The notes beneath the pieces are model-generated. The model saw only the letters and a program-made list of their open reading frames with translations. It was not told the DNA's origin and made no database searches. Both the position numbers and the translations under genes were made by a program. Shown piece by piece: positions 38,524 to 49,155 of a stretch of 64,000 nucleotides of DNA (position 1 is its first letter; every line of letters starts with the position of its first letter). The DNA is from an uncultured Actinomycetota bacterium (lineage in GTDB: Bacteria; Actinomycetota; Humimicrobiia; Humimicrobiales; Humimicrobiaceae): contig CAZODQ010000001.1 in assembly GCA_964578625.1 (NCBI GenBank), positions 23,401 to 87,400 of the forward strand. The letters run 5' to 3'.

Positions 38524-39493
38524 TTAAAAAGCCTTTTTCTTTTTTTTCTTTATACCATCTTATGAATTTGGTCAAACCCTCATTAATATTAGTCTCAGGA
38601 AAATATTTTAACATTTTTCTTGCTTTTCTAATATCTGCATAAGTCATAAAGACATCACCCGGCTGTCTGTTTATAAACTTTAAGTTTGCTTTTTCTCCTG
38701 TGACAGTTTCGATTAATCTCACCAGATCTATTAATTTAATGGTGTTTGAATTTCCCAAATTGATAATTTCAAAACCTTTTATTCTGTCCAGACTGTTAAC
38801 CACACCGGAAATTACATCATCAATATAAGTATAATCCCGTGAAGAAGAACCGTTGCCATATATTTCTATCTGCTCTCCGTTCAGTATCTGCCGGGTAAAT
38901 TTATGTATAGCCATCTCCGGCCTCTGCCGCGGGCCGTAGACCGTAAAAAATCTAAAACAGAAAATTGATATCTTATACAGACTGTGATAGGTGTAACAGA
39001 TCAGCTCTCCTGCTTTTTTAGTGGCAGCATATGGAGATACGGGATGGTCAACATTATCATCTTCTGAAAAAGGGATTTTCTTGCTCTCGCCATAGACAGA
39101 AGACGACGAAGCAAAGATAAATTTTGGAATATTATATTTTTTACAGCATTCCAGTAAATTCATAGTCCCAAGAACATTTACCTTCTGGTATAAAAGAGGA
39201 CTTTTTATCGATGGCCTCACACCGGCCTTTGCTGCCAGATGAATCACCATTCCTATATCATTTTTTAAAAATATTTTTTCCAGTTGGTCCAGATTACAGA
39301 TATCCAAGCGATAAAGCTTGAAATTATTGTTATTAATAACTCCCCGGATGTTGTCTTCTTTTATTTCAGGGCTGTAAAAGTCATCAAAGTTGTCAATACA
39401 GATTATTTTAAATCCCAGATTTATTAATTTTTCACAGAGATAAGATCCAATAAATCCTGCTCCGCCGGTTACTATAATATTCATTATTTTCAA
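38516..39493 (-). CDS. NAD-dependent nucleotide-sugar epimerase/dehydratase (SDR extended family)
   Basis: 325 aa. TGGAGFIGS Rossmann motif, YAATK YxxxK catalytic motif. Confidence 0.8.
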   Translation of the reverse strand: MKIMNIIVTGGAGFIGSYLCEKLINLGFKIICIDNFDDFYSPEIKEDNIRGVINNNNFKLYRLDICNLDQLEKIFLKNDIGMVIHLAAKAGVRPSIKSPLLYQKVNVLGTMNLLECCKKYNIPKFIFASSSSVYGESKKIPFSEDDNVDHPVSPYAATKKAGELICYTYHSLYKISIFCFRFFTVYGPRQRPEMAIHKFTRQILNGEQIEIYGNGSSSRDYTYIDDVISGVVNSLDRIKGFEIINLGNSNTIKLIDLVRLIETVTGEKANLKFINRQPGDVFMTYADIRKARKMLKYFPETNINEGLTKFIRWYKEKKEKGFLNE

Positions 39494-39888
39494 TCTTTAC
39501 ATTTCCTTTATTTTAAAACGGGATAAATAAAAATTTTTAACTAATTATACACAAAAAAAAATATTTTATTAATTACAAATAAAATAATAAGACCCGGATA
39601 AAAAGAATCGAAGACTCATGAAAGACAGGTTCGCGGTTATGAAAAAAACTCTTATATTTTGATAATTGATGAAGTCGGGAAATAGGTTATTTTTGATAGA
39701 AATACTATTATTAGATATACTAATAAAATACAAATCCTGAATAATGCAATATTTAATTATGACTTCATTTTAAAGGTTAAAAGTAACAGCAAATAAAACA
39801 ATTGTCACAAGAGAGCAAGAGAAAGTATAATTGATGGGATAATAATCCTACTGTCTAAATTATAGAAGAGATAAAGGAAAATTATGAT

Positions 39889-41004
39889 ATGAAGATAGGA
39901 ATTATGTTAAGGCATATAAACGAATTAGGAGGAATAGCAGTCTACACTAAAAATCTTATTGGAAAACTGCTGGAGATCGATAAAAGGAATGAATATGTTT
40001 TTTTATATAATACTTATTCTCTGGTAGGCACTTATTCTAAATATAAAAATGTTAAAGAAGTAGTCATAGATACACCGAATAAACTGCTCTGGGATCAAAT
40101 CGGAGTGCCCAAGGTGGTCAAATCAGAGAATATTGATATAATATTTAATCCAAAATTATCCATTCCGGTGTTTACTCCTTCTAAAAAGGTATTCACTCTT
40201 CCCGGATTAGAACAGTTTGCCTTACCCAATGTGTTCAAATGGTACGATCATATATATTTTCGCATAATGATACCTCTCTATTGCCATCGTTCAAATGCAA
40301 TTATTGTTATGACAAACACAGGCAAGAACGATTTAATGAAATATATCAATGTAAATAGGAATAAAATAGAGGTTATATACGGGTCTTGTCATAAGAGATT
40401 CAGATTCACAAAACAAATAAAAAATATCCTTAGGATAAAGAAAAAATATAATCTCCCTGATAAATATATACTTTTTGTAGGTGGAATAACCCCGCTGAAA
40501 AATTTTTCAAATATTATTAGAGCATTTAACATAATAAAGAACAAAATTTCCATCAAATTAATTGTAGTCGGATTCAAAAGATGGAAATATGCTAAAGACA
40601 TATGCTTAATAAATAAACTCGATTTACAAAACGATATAATAACTCTTGGATTTATTTCGGATGATGATCTTCCTTATCTTTACAATTCAGCTCAGTGTCT
40701 TGCATTGCCCTCTCTATATGAAGGTTTTGGCATACCTATACTGGAAGCTCAGGCCTGCGGATGTCCGGTTATTTGTTCAAAAACAGGATGTGCCCCGGAA
40801 GTTTCCGGCGGAGCAGCATTATTGGTAGATCCATATAACTATAAAGAAATAGCACAGGTAATGTATGATGTTTTAAGTGATATAGATCTAAGAAAGAAGC
40901 TTATAGCAGCCGGATTGGAAAATGTAAAAAATTTCAGCTGGTTGAAAGCTGCTGAGCAAACTTTACAATTATTTAAAAAAATTTCTCAATCTAAATCTGT
41001 TTAA
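39889..41004 (+). CDS. GT4 (Glycos_transf_1) glycosyltransferase
   Basis: 371 aa. LPSLYEGFGIPILEAQACGCPVICS E-x7-E-type motif. Confidence 0.8.
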   Translation: MKIGIMLRHINELGGIAVYTKNLIGKLLEIDKRNEYVFLYNTYSLVGTYSKYKNVKEVVIDTPNKLLWDQIGVPKVVKSENIDIIFNPKLSIPVFTPSKKVFTLPGLEQFALPNVFKWYDHIYFRIMIPLYCHRSNAIIVMTNTGKNDLMKYINVNRNKIEVIYGSCHKRFRFTKQIKNILRIKKKYNLPDKYILFVGGITPLKNFSNIIRAFNIIKNKISIKLIVVGFKRWKYAKDICLINKLDLQNDIITLGFISDDDLPYLYNSAQCLALPSLYEGFGIPILEAQACGCPVICSKTGCAPEVSGGAALLVDPYNYKEIAQVMYDVLSDIDLRKKLIAAGLENVKNFSWLKAAEQTLQLFKKISQSKSV

Positions 41005-41008
41005 CTTT

Positions 41009-42025
41009 ATGAAACGTAGATTTAATTTTATTTTCAAAAGACCCCTTGAATTTTTAAAACGCAGGAAACGCATATTTAATTTCATTATCCAATTAGTAGT
41101 CAGCATTATACTGATAACTCTATTATTGCGCTGGGTAAATATTGGTGATATGATCTCCCTTTTTAAAAATATAAATATTTACTATTTCATTCTTCTTTTA
41201 GCCCTTGTTACCCTTGATAGAATCTTCATGGCATATAAATGGCACCTGTTGCTTAAGATAAAAGATACAAGTATTTCTTTAGTAAGTGCTATAAGGACCT
41301 ACTACATAGGAACATTCATAGGTTCTTTTCTACCCACTACAGTCGGCGGAGATATAGTTCGGGTCTTAAAATTGCATAGTGAAAAACGAAAAGGGACTGA
41401 CGTATTATCTTCTGTAATACTGGAAAGGATGTTAGGTTTTATAGCCTCCGCCGTTTTAGCTCCAATTGCAGCTTTGTTTTTAATATCTTTTTTTAAACTG
41501 AATATAGGGCGTTTTCTGGGAATAGCAGGAGTATTATTATTTCTCTTTATCATATTAATGTTAATTCCATTTAGCGAAGCTATATTCCGGAAAATAGATA
41601 AAAACGAGAAGTTATCCAGAAATTTTTTATTTAATAAATTTAGAAATCTTTATCTATCCTATGCGAAATATAAAAATAATAAAAATATACTCATCCTGTT
41701 TTTAGCTCTATCTATTTTGGAACAGTTGGTACCGGTAATCGGTAACTACCTGGCTAGCCGAGCATTAAACCTATCCATACCATTTGTATACTTTCTACTT
41801 ATAGTCCCCCTGGTGCAGCTTATCTCAAGAATTCCTATTTCCTTCGAGGGATTTGGAGTCAATGAAGGACTTCTGGTATACTTTTTCTCTTTGCTGGGCC
41901 TTTCCAAAACAGGTGCTTTTACTATAGGGCTGCTTGGCCATATTGCAATTATTATTGCTACCCTACCAGCTTTGTTCTTCTATTTTAAAGATATTAAAAC
42001 TTCTTTCGATCAGGTCAAGCATTAA
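41009..42025 (+). CDS. Flippase-like polytopic membrane protein (PF03706-like)
   Basis: 338 aa. GSFLPTTVGGDIVRVLK motif. Paralog of 34603..35643 and 50496..51581. Confidence 0.55.
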   Translation: MKRRFNFIFKRPLEFLKRRKRIFNFIIQLVVSIILITLLLRWVNIGDMISLFKNINIYYFILLLALVTLDRIFMAYKWHLLLKIKDTSISLVSAIRTYYIGTFIGSFLPTTVGGDIVRVLKLHSEKRKGTDVLSSVILERMLGFIASAVLAPIAALFLISFFKLNIGRFLGIAGVLLFLFIILMLIPFSEAIFRKIDKNEKLSRNFLFNKFRNLYLSYAKYKNNKNILILFLALSILEQLVPVIGNYLASRALNLSIPFVYFLLIVPLVQLISRIPISFEGFGVNEGLLVYFFSLLGLSKTGAFTIGLLGHIAIIIATLPALFFYFKDIKTSFDQVKH

Positions 42026-42156
42026 TATTAAGCAGACATAGAATATAAATTGAAAACAATAGAATTTAAGTTAAATTTAATGTATATTTACATAAATAAT
42101 TACTAGTAAACTGGAATATTTTCTAACAATAATTACATCATTATAATTTAAAAGAG

Positions 42157-43476
42157 ATGGAAATTAAAAATCTGTTTGAATATCTAAAAAGCAAGGAAAA
42201 AAAAATCGCCGTAGTTGGCCTTGGTTATGTGGGTTTACCTCTTCTCGTAGCATTCAGTAAATATTTTAAGGTTATTGGTTTTGACATAAACAGCGAAAAA
42301 ATAACTAATTTAAAAAACGGAATAGATGAAAATAATGAAGTTAAAACCAGTAAACTATCCTCAATAGATTGCATTCTAACCAGTAATGCTAATGATTTAA
42401 AAAACATAAATTTTTTTATAATAACAGTTCCTACACCTATTGATATTTATAAAAACCCTGATTTAAGCCATGTTGAAAAAGCAACAAGGCTGGTAGGACA
42501 AAATATGCCAAAAGGTTCAATAATAGTTTATGAATCTACAGTTTATCCTGGAGTAACTGAAGAATTCTGCATTCCACTACTTGAAAAAGAATCAAAACTT
42601 ATAAACAAAAAAGATTTTTATGCAGGCTACTCCCCTGAAAGAATAAACCCAGGAGATAAAGAACATTCAATAGAAAATATAATAAAGGTCGTCTCAGCGC
42701 AGGATGAAGATTCCCTGGAAATAATAAGTAAAGTTTATAGTAAAGTAGTTAAAGCCGGAATATTTAAAGCAAAAAGTATAAAAATAGCTGAAGCAGCAAA
42801 GGTAATTGAAAATATACAAAGGGATATAAACGTGGCTCTTATTAATGAAATAGCCATTTTATTTTCTAAGTTAGGAATTGATACAAAAGAAGTTATTGAA
42901 GCTGCTAGAACCAAATGGAATTTTTTAGATTTTAGACCAGGCTTGGTAGGAGGCCACTGTATTGGAGTTGACCCTTATTATTTATCTTTTAAAGCTAAAG
43001 AGGTTAATTACTATCCCGAAATAATTAACACTGGCCGAAAACTAAATGATAATATGGGTTTTTTTATTGGAGAACAGATAATTAAAACACTACTTAGCAA
43101 TCACAATAAAAAAACAAACTTTAAGGTTGTCCTGTTTGGAATATCTTTTAAAGAAAATGTAGCAGATCCTAGAAACTCAAGAGTAATTGATATATACAAT
43201 TATCTAATCCAGCACAATATTGACGTTCAGATATTTGATCCTATTGTAAACACTATAGAAGTTAAGGAAACTTACGGAATTGACCTTATAAAATTTGGAG
43301 AAATAAATAACATTGACGCTGCTGTCTTCTGTGTGGCACATAACTATTTTAAAAAAACGAACCTTATAGAATTAAAATCAAAAATGACTAGAGACAATCC
43401 ATTTGTATTTGATATAAAATGGATCTTCGATAAAGAAAATATTGAAAAACTGGGCTTCAGATACTGGAGAATTTAG
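42157..43476 (+). CDS. Nucleotide-sugar dehydrogenase (UDP-GlcNAc 6-dehydrogenase TviB/WbpO/WecC-like)
   Basis: 439 aa. N-terminal VVGLGYVGLP NAD motif and catalytic-Cys motif GGHCIGVDPYY. The size and the immediately following 4-epimerase-like gene resemble TviB-TviC / WbpO-WbpP pairs. Confidence 0.8.
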   Translation: MEIKNLFEYLKSKEKKIAVVGLGYVGLPLLVAFSKYFKVIGFDINSEKITNLKNGIDENNEVKTSKLSSIDCILTSNANDLKNINFFIITVPTPIDIYKNPDLSHVEKATRLVGQNMPKGSIIVYESTVYPGVTEEFCIPLLEKESKLINKKDFYAGYSPERINPGDKEHSIENIIKVVSAQDEDSLEIISKVYSKVVKAGIFKAKSIKIAEAAKVIENIQRDINVALINEIAILFSKLGIDTKEVIEAARTKWNFLDFRPGLVGGHCIGVDPYYLSFKAKEVNYYPEIINTGRKLNDNMGFFIGEQIIKTLLSNHNKKTNFKVVLFGISFKENVADPRNSRVIDIYNYLIQHNIDVQIFDPIVNTIEVKETYGIDLIKFGEINNIDAAVFCVAHNYFKKTNLIELKSKMTRDNPFVFDIKWIFDKENIEKLGFRYWRI

Positions 43477-43478
43477 CA

Positions 43479-44468
43479 TTGGATTTAGAGAAATTAACTA
43501 TAGATAAAGATAAAAAAATTCTAATTACAGGCTGTGCAGGATTTATTGGCTCTCATCTTACCGAATTCTTTCTTAAAAAAGGAGCACTGGTAAAAGGGCT
43601 TGATAATCTGTCTACAGGCTTTAAGAAAAACATTAACGATGCATTATCCAATGCTTCAAGAGAAAATGAAAACATTTATTTTGAATTTATAAATGGTGAT
43701 ATAACAGATTATAATGAATGTCTTACAAATACAAAAAGTATTGATATTGTCCTGCACCAGGCAGCTTTAGGTTCCGTACAGAGGTCTATAGAAAAACCAC
43801 TTGATTCTAACGCTGCCAATATAGAAGGGACCTTAAATTTACTGAAAGCTTCTGTAGAGAATAAAGTAAAAAGATTTATATACGCATCATCCTCATCCAT
43901 TTACGGGGATTCGGAAAAACTTCCTAAAGATGAATCTATGCCGCCCAATCCAAAATCAATTTATGCGGTGACCAAATTAACCGCAGAATATTACTGCAGA
44001 TTATTTTATAAATTATATGGTCTTAAGACCATTTCCCTGCGTTATTTTAATGTTTTTGGCGGAAGGCAAAATCCTGATTCAATTTATTCTGCAGTCATTC
44101 CCATTTTTTTAAAAAAAATAACAGCCAACAAATCTCCAGTTATATACGGTGATGGAAACCAGACCAGGGATTTCACTTATATAGATAATGTAATTTACGC
44201 AAATTACCTGGCCGCTTTTATTGAAAATGAAAATATATATGGAAATTACTATAATGTCGCATGCGGACAGAATATCAGCTTAAATAAAATTATTACCCTA
44301 TTAGCAAAATACTTTAAAAAGGAAATAAAACCGATATATACAAAAGAAAGAATCGGGGATATAAAACACAGCTTAGCATCAATAGAAAAAATAAAAAAGG
44401 ACATTAACTACACCCCCATAATTAAATTCAATGAAGGCCTGGAAAAGCTGGTTTTTCAACAGCAATAA
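43479..44468 (+). CDS. NAD-dependent UDP-sugar 4-epimerase (WbpP/TviC-like SDR)
   Basis: 329 aa. ITGCAGFIGSH, YAVTK YxxxK. Start is 3 nt after the dehydrogenase stop. Confidence 0.7.
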   Translation: MDLEKLTIDKDKKILITGCAGFIGSHLTEFFLKKGALVKGLDNLSTGFKKNINDALSNASRENENIYFEFINGDITDYNECLTNTKSIDIVLHQAALGSVQRSIEKPLDSNAANIEGTLNLLKASVENKVKRFIYASSSSIYGDSEKLPKDESMPPNPKSIYAVTKLTAEYYCRLFYKLYGLKTISLRYFNVFGGRQNPDSIYSAVIPIFLKKITANKSPVIYGDGNQTRDFTYIDNVIYANYLAAFIENENIYGNYYNVACGQNISLNKIITLLAKYFKKEIKPIYTKERIGDIKHSLASIEKIKKDINYTPIIKFNEGLEKLVFQQQ

Positions 44469-44630
44469 AAAATAATTTTACATGTTTTTCCGGCAGAAAT
44501 CTTTCCTATTAATACTAAATGTTATAAAATATCGGAAACGATTTCGTGAGAATTTTTAATAGTTTGAAAAATTACTTTATCATTTAAACTGGTTAACTGC
44601 TATTAAATTCTTTAAGGAAAGGAAGAAAAA

Positions 44631-45614
44631 TTGAAATTATTAGTAACAGGTGGGACCGGTTTCACAGGAAGCAGGCTGGTAGAATATTTAATAAACAAAG
44701 GACACAACGTTTCGGCATTGGATAATCAAAAAGGCATTCTATATGACCATCTTATAAAAAAAGGAGCAAACATTACTCTGGGATCGGTTACTGATAGAGA
44801 AACAGTAAAAAAATCTTTAGATGGCATACAAGGTGTTTTTCACCTTGCCGCAGCCTTCAGGCAGATTAATGCTACGAAAAAAACTTACTTGAACGTCAAT
44901 GTGGAAGGAACCCGTATTCTTTGTGAAGAAGCGCTTAAAAAGCCCCTAAAGAAATTTGTTTATTGTTCAACCCAGGGTGTGCATGGAGATATTAAAAATC
45001 CACCTGGCGACGAAGATTCTCCAATAGTACCGGTTGATTATTATCAATATACTAAATACGAAGGTGAAAAAGTGGTAAAGGAGTTTACCGCAAAGGGACT
45101 TAAGAGTGTCATTATAAGACCAACCGCTATATACGGTCCCGGTGATCCTGAAAGATTTTTTTATCTATTTCGATTTGCTAAAAAAGGTAAATTTTATATG
45201 TTCGGAAACGGAAAAGCTTTATACCATCCCGTATATATAGATAATCTTAATGATGGGTTCTATGCAGCCTGGGAAAGTAACAAAATCAACGCCGAAACTT
45301 ACATTATTGCTGACCAGCAGTATTTTACAATTAAAAAACTGGTTAAAAAAATCGGCCAGTCGATGGGCATAAAAGTAAAATTTATTCAACTGCCCTTTTT
45401 CCCTTTATACATAGCAGCCTGTTTATGCGAATTCATCTGTATGCCCTTTAAAATATCCCCTCCTCTATTCAGGCGGCGGGTTGATTGGTACAGACAGAAC
45501 CGGGCTTTTAAAATTGACAAAGCCAGAAGAGAAATAAACTATAATCCACGAGTAGGGATCGAAGAAGGCTTAAAAAGAACAGCAAAGTGGTATAAAGATA
45601 ACAATTATCTCTAA
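44631..45614 (+). CDS. NAD-dependent epimerase/dehydratase family protein
   Basis: 327 aa. VTGGTGFTGS Rossmann motif, YQYTK catalytic motif. Confidence 0.7.
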   Translation: MKLLVTGGTGFTGSRLVEYLINKGHNVSALDNQKGILYDHLIKKGANITLGSVTDRETVKKSLDGIQGVFHLAAAFRQINATKKTYLNVNVEGTRILCEEALKKPLKKFVYCSTQGVHGDIKNPPGDEDSPIVPVDYYQYTKYEGEKVVKEFTAKGLKSVIIRPTAIYGPGDPERFFYLFRFAKKGKFYMFGNGKALYHPVYIDNLNDGFYAAWESNKINAETYIIADQQYFTIKKLVKKIGQSMGIKVKFIQLPFFPLYIAACLCEFICMPFKISPPLFRRRVDWYRQNRAFKIDKARREINYNPRVGIEEGLKRTAKWYKDNNYL

Positions 45615-45687
45615 AAATAGATAACCAATATTCAAATTTTTATATCAGTAAGTAAAATTTATAAAATAATATTCAGGAATTAATATT

Positions 45688-47553
45688 ATGTGTGGAATCT
45701 GCGGTTTTAACTGGGATGACGAAAAACTCATTCAAAAAATGGTCCAAAAAATTCACCACAGAGGACCGGATGCCAGCGGCACAAAGACTTTTCCTTCATT
45801 ATCCATGGGAAATGCTCGTTTGAGTATCATTGACCTTTCCGTTAAGGGAAACCAACCGATGTCCGATAGAAATGGAAAGCTATGGATTGTTTACAACGGT
45901 GAAGTATATAACTTCCCTGATATAAAAAAAGAACTAATTGCAAGAGGTTATAAGTTTAACAGCCATACCGATACTGAAGTAGTTTTAAAAAGCTATGAAG
46001 AATTTGGCCCTAAGTGCCTTGAAAAATTTAACGGTATGTTTGCCTTCGCCATATGGGACGAAGAAAAAAAGGAACTTTTTTTGGCCAGGGATAGAATTGG
46101 GATCAAACCTTTATATTATTACTTAAAAGATGGGAAATTAATCTTCGGCTCAGAAATAAAAAGCATACTTGAAGCAGATTGTGTAAAAAGGGAGGTGAAC
46201 CTCCAATCCATGTATTATTACCTGGGATATGAATTCGTTCCTGCTCCGGATACCATGTTCAAGAACATCTACAAACTCCGGCAGGGACATTACGCCATTT
46301 TTAAAAACGGTGACCTGCAAATCACAAAATACTGGGAATTAAAATTCAAACCAGAAATATCTAATGAAGAAGAAGCAGCGGACAGGATATTTGCTGCTCT
46401 GGAAAAATCCGTAAAAAGACGTTTGATCAGTGATGTTCCTTTGGGTGTTTTTTTATCCGGAGGGCTCGATTCCAGCACTGTTGTAGGTTTTGTTTCCAGA
46501 CTATATCCAAATAAGGTCCGGACCTTTTCCATAGGATATAAAGATAAAACTTTTTCAGAGCTTCCTTATGCTAAAATAGTCTCCGATTTTTTTCATACCG
46601 AACATAATGTATTGATGATCGATCCGGTCTCACCGGAAGATATCGAAAGAAGCCTTTATCATTTAGACGAACCTATGACCGACCTTTCCACTATTCCTTT
46701 TTACCTTATTAGCTGTAAAGCAAGAGAAAAAGTAAAAGTGTGTCTTAGCGGAGAAGGAGGAGACGAAATATTCCTGGGATATGACAGGTTTAAAGCAGCA
46801 AAAATAAACCGCTACTATAATATTTTTCCGTCTTTTATTAGAAAAAAGATCTTATCACCACTCGTCCTTAAGCTGCCTGACCAGCCCCAAAAAAAAGGTG
46901 CTATTAACATGCTTAAGCGCTATATGGAAGGAACACTTTATCCTGAAGAAGCAGGAGCTATGCGCTGGCAGTACTTCCTGAATCCAAAAATAGAACAAAA
47001 TATCCTTAATAAACATTCTCAAGGTAACATATCTTTTACCCCTTTTATTCCTATATATTATTTTTCGAAGATCTGCAATTCTGTAAATCAAATAGACAGG
47101 GATATTTTTGTGGATATAAAACTCACTATGGCCGATAGTGTCCTTATGAAAATTGACAAAATGAGTATGGCTACTTCTTTAGAGGTAAGAGTTCCCTTCC
47201 TGGATCATGAAGTCGTGGAACTCTGCGCTTCTATTCCGGCCGGCTTGAAACTTAATAAACTGACTACCAAATATATTTTCAGAAAAACTCTAAAAAAATA
47301 CAACTTCCTGCCGGAAAGCATCATCTACAGGGGTAAACAGGGTTACAGCCTGCCTGTTAAAAATTGGCTAAGAGAAGAATTAAAAGATTATATGACAGAC
47401 CTCTTTAGAAAATCGCCTATTATCAGAGAGAATTTCAATAGTCCATATTTATCACTTCTTATAAAGGAACATTCGGAATTAAAGCACAACTATAATCATA
47501 TTCTATGGGCCCTGGTAAATTTAAGTTTGTGGTATAAAAAATTTTTTCTTTAG
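45688..47553 (+). CDS. Asparagine synthase-like glutamine amidotransferase (AsnB/WbpS-like)
   Basis: 621 aa. N-terminal MCGICGF class-II GATase nucleophile and SGGLDSS PP-loop motif. Confidence 0.85.
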   Translation: MCGICGFNWDDEKLIQKMVQKIHHRGPDASGTKTFPSLSMGNARLSIIDLSVKGNQPMSDRNGKLWIVYNGEVYNFPDIKKELIARGYKFNSHTDTEVVLKSYEEFGPKCLEKFNGMFAFAIWDEEKKELFLARDRIGIKPLYYYLKDGKLIFGSEIKSILEADCVKREVNLQSMYYYLGYEFVPAPDTMFKNIYKLRQGHYAIFKNGDLQITKYWELKFKPEISNEEEAADRIFAALEKSVKRRLISDVPLGVFLSGGLDSSTVVGFVSRLYPNKVRTFSIGYKDKTFSELPYAKIVSDFFHTEHNVLMIDPVSPEDIERSLYHLDEPMTDLSTIPFYLISCKAREKVKVCLSGEGGDEIFLGYDRFKAAKINRYYNIFPSFIRKKILSPLVLKLPDQPQKKGAINMLKRYMEGTLYPEEAGAMRWQYFLNPKIEQNILNKHSQGNISFTPFIPIYYFSKICNSVNQIDRDIFVDIKLTMADSVLMKIDKMSMATSLEVRVPFLDHEVVELCASIPAGLKLNKLTTKYIFRKTLKKYNFLPESIIYRGKQGYSLPVKNWLREELKDYMTDLFRKSPIIRENFNSPYLSLLIKEHSELKHNYNHILWALVNLSLWYKKFFL

Positions 47554-47555
47554 AC

Positions 47556-48425
47556 TTATCTGTTTCTGCTCTTAATATAATCTTTCAGTGCTTCCTTCCA
47601 GTTTTTTAAATCAGACAGTCCGATTTTCCTCAAATTAAAGTTATCCAGAACAGAATAATACGGCCTTCTTGCTTTTGCTCCAAACTGTTCAGTAGTGATG
47701 GGTATCACCTTTGTATTTAATTTCATAAGCCTGGATATTTCACAGGCAAACTCATACCATGAACAGATCCCGGTATTTGTCATATGGTAAATACCATATT
47801 TTCCGGTTTGTATCAACTCAAAAAGCTTTTCTGAAACATCCAGAGTGCTGGTCGGGGTAAGTATTTGATCATTTACTATTCTTATTTCCCCTTTCTCTTC
47901 AGCTAATTTTATTACCGACTCTACAAAATTAGTGCTCCCTTTGCCGACACATCCTGCATGGCCGTAAAGCCCGCTTAACCTTACTATATAATACTTATCA
48001 AGGATATACCGTATTACCTGCTCTCCCGCCAGTTTGGATATTCCATACAGGCTGAGCGGTCTGGCGCAATCATCCTCTACATAAGGTACATTTTTTTTAC
48101 CATCAAATATGTAATCAGTACTGAAATGTACAAGCGGGATATCAATCTCCCTGCATATCAATGCCAGATTTTTAACTCCTATTACATTTACTTTAAAAGC
48201 AGAAAGGGCCTCTTCTTCACAAAGGTCTACATCATGAAAGGCAGCCGTATTTATAACTATATCAGGCCTGACCTTTTTTAAAACACTTTCACTTACCTTA
48301 TAATCACAAACATCAATATCCTTTAAACCCACCAGTCCCGTAATTTCAATACCTTTCTTTTTAAAATGACTATTGATATCAGTTCCAAGCTGGCCGTCGA
48401 CTCCTATTAATACAATTTTTCCCAT
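47556..48425 (-). CDS. RmlD-like NAD(P)H-dependent sugar 4-ketoreductase (dTDP-4-dehydrorhamnose reductase family)
   Basis: 289 aa. IVINTAAFHDVDLCEE and FSTDYIFDG...YGISKLAGE match the RmlD family pattern. No rmlABC in the window, so the substrate is uncertain. Confidence 0.6.
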   Translation of the reverse strand: MGKIVLIGVDGQLGTDINSHFKKKGIEITGLVGLKDIDVCDYKVSESVLKKVRPDIVINTAAFHDVDLCEEEALSAFKVNVIGVKNLALICREIDIPLVHFSTDYIFDGKKNVPYVEDDCARPLSLYGISKLAGEQVIRYILDKYYIVRLSGLYGHAGCVGKGSTNFVESVIKLAEEKGEIRIVNDQILTPTSTLDVSEKLFELIQTGKYGIYHMTNTGICSWYEFACEISRLMKLNTKVIPITTEQFGAKARRPYYSVLDNFNLRKIGLSDLKNWKEALKDYIKSRNR

Positions 48426-48434
48426 AAAATCCCC

Positions 48435-49148
48435 TTAAGCTCCAGACAGGACTAAAAATCTTAAAATAAAGTAAATGCAAATCTCGATTACAGCCAGTGC
48501 CGTATAGGAAACTGCGATCCATATGATTTTTCTTTTTCTTCCGGCAATAACTGTTACTCTTAAAATCTCTATGATTATTATGCCCAGTATAAACAGATAT
48601 AAAAATGTGAAGTATTTATTTGAATACAACTTATAAAAGAATTCGGAAAATGGATGCTTACTATACCAGGGTTTCATTTCAAGCTGGCTGAAATAATCTT
48701 TTTCTATCCTGAATACATTATCCCCAGGATTCTCTAAAAAGCCACCTATATTTATTCTGGAAAGATCATATCCATCGTTGATTTTTAAATCAAATTCCAG
48801 GTAAGTGTAATCACTAGGAGTAAAACTAAAACCGTCCGAGTAGTCATTCTCGTTTAAAGTGGCAGAAAATTCTATTTTATCCCTCCCGACATAGATTACA
48901 TCATTTTCTTCCTCCAGTCCTCTTAAGCTGTATTTGGTTATCTTGCCATCGGTAGAAATTACACCATCAAACTTCGTTTCTTTAAGGTCTACACTCCACT
49001 CTACGAATATGCTGCCGTCCTCTTCCCATATAAAATAACCATAGCTGGCACCTGGAATATAAAAAATTCCTGTACATCCAGTAAGAAGCATTAAAATCAA
49101 TACCGCTACAAGAAAGAGTATAATAATTTTATTAGTTACTTTTATCAT
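48435..49148 (-). CDS. Hypothetical lipoprotein-like membrane protein (N-terminal signal/lipobox LLTGC, C-terminal TM helices)
   Basis: 237 aa. The order is hydrophobic N-terminus, soluble middle and two C-terminal hydrophobic segments. No recognisable family. Confidence 0.3.
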   Translation of the reverse strand: MIKVTNKIIILFLVAVLILMLLTGCTGIFYIPGASYGYFIWEEDGSIFVEWSVDLKETKFDGVISTDGKITKYSLRGLEEENDVIYVGRDKIEFSATLNENDYSDGFSFTPSDYTYLEFDLKINDGYDLSRINIGGFLENPGDNVFRIEKDYFSQLEMKPWYSKHPFSEFFYKLYSNKYFTFLYLFILGIIIIEILRVTVIAGRKRKIIWIAVSYTALAVIEICIYFILRFLVLSGA

Positions 49149-49155
49149 TTTTTCC

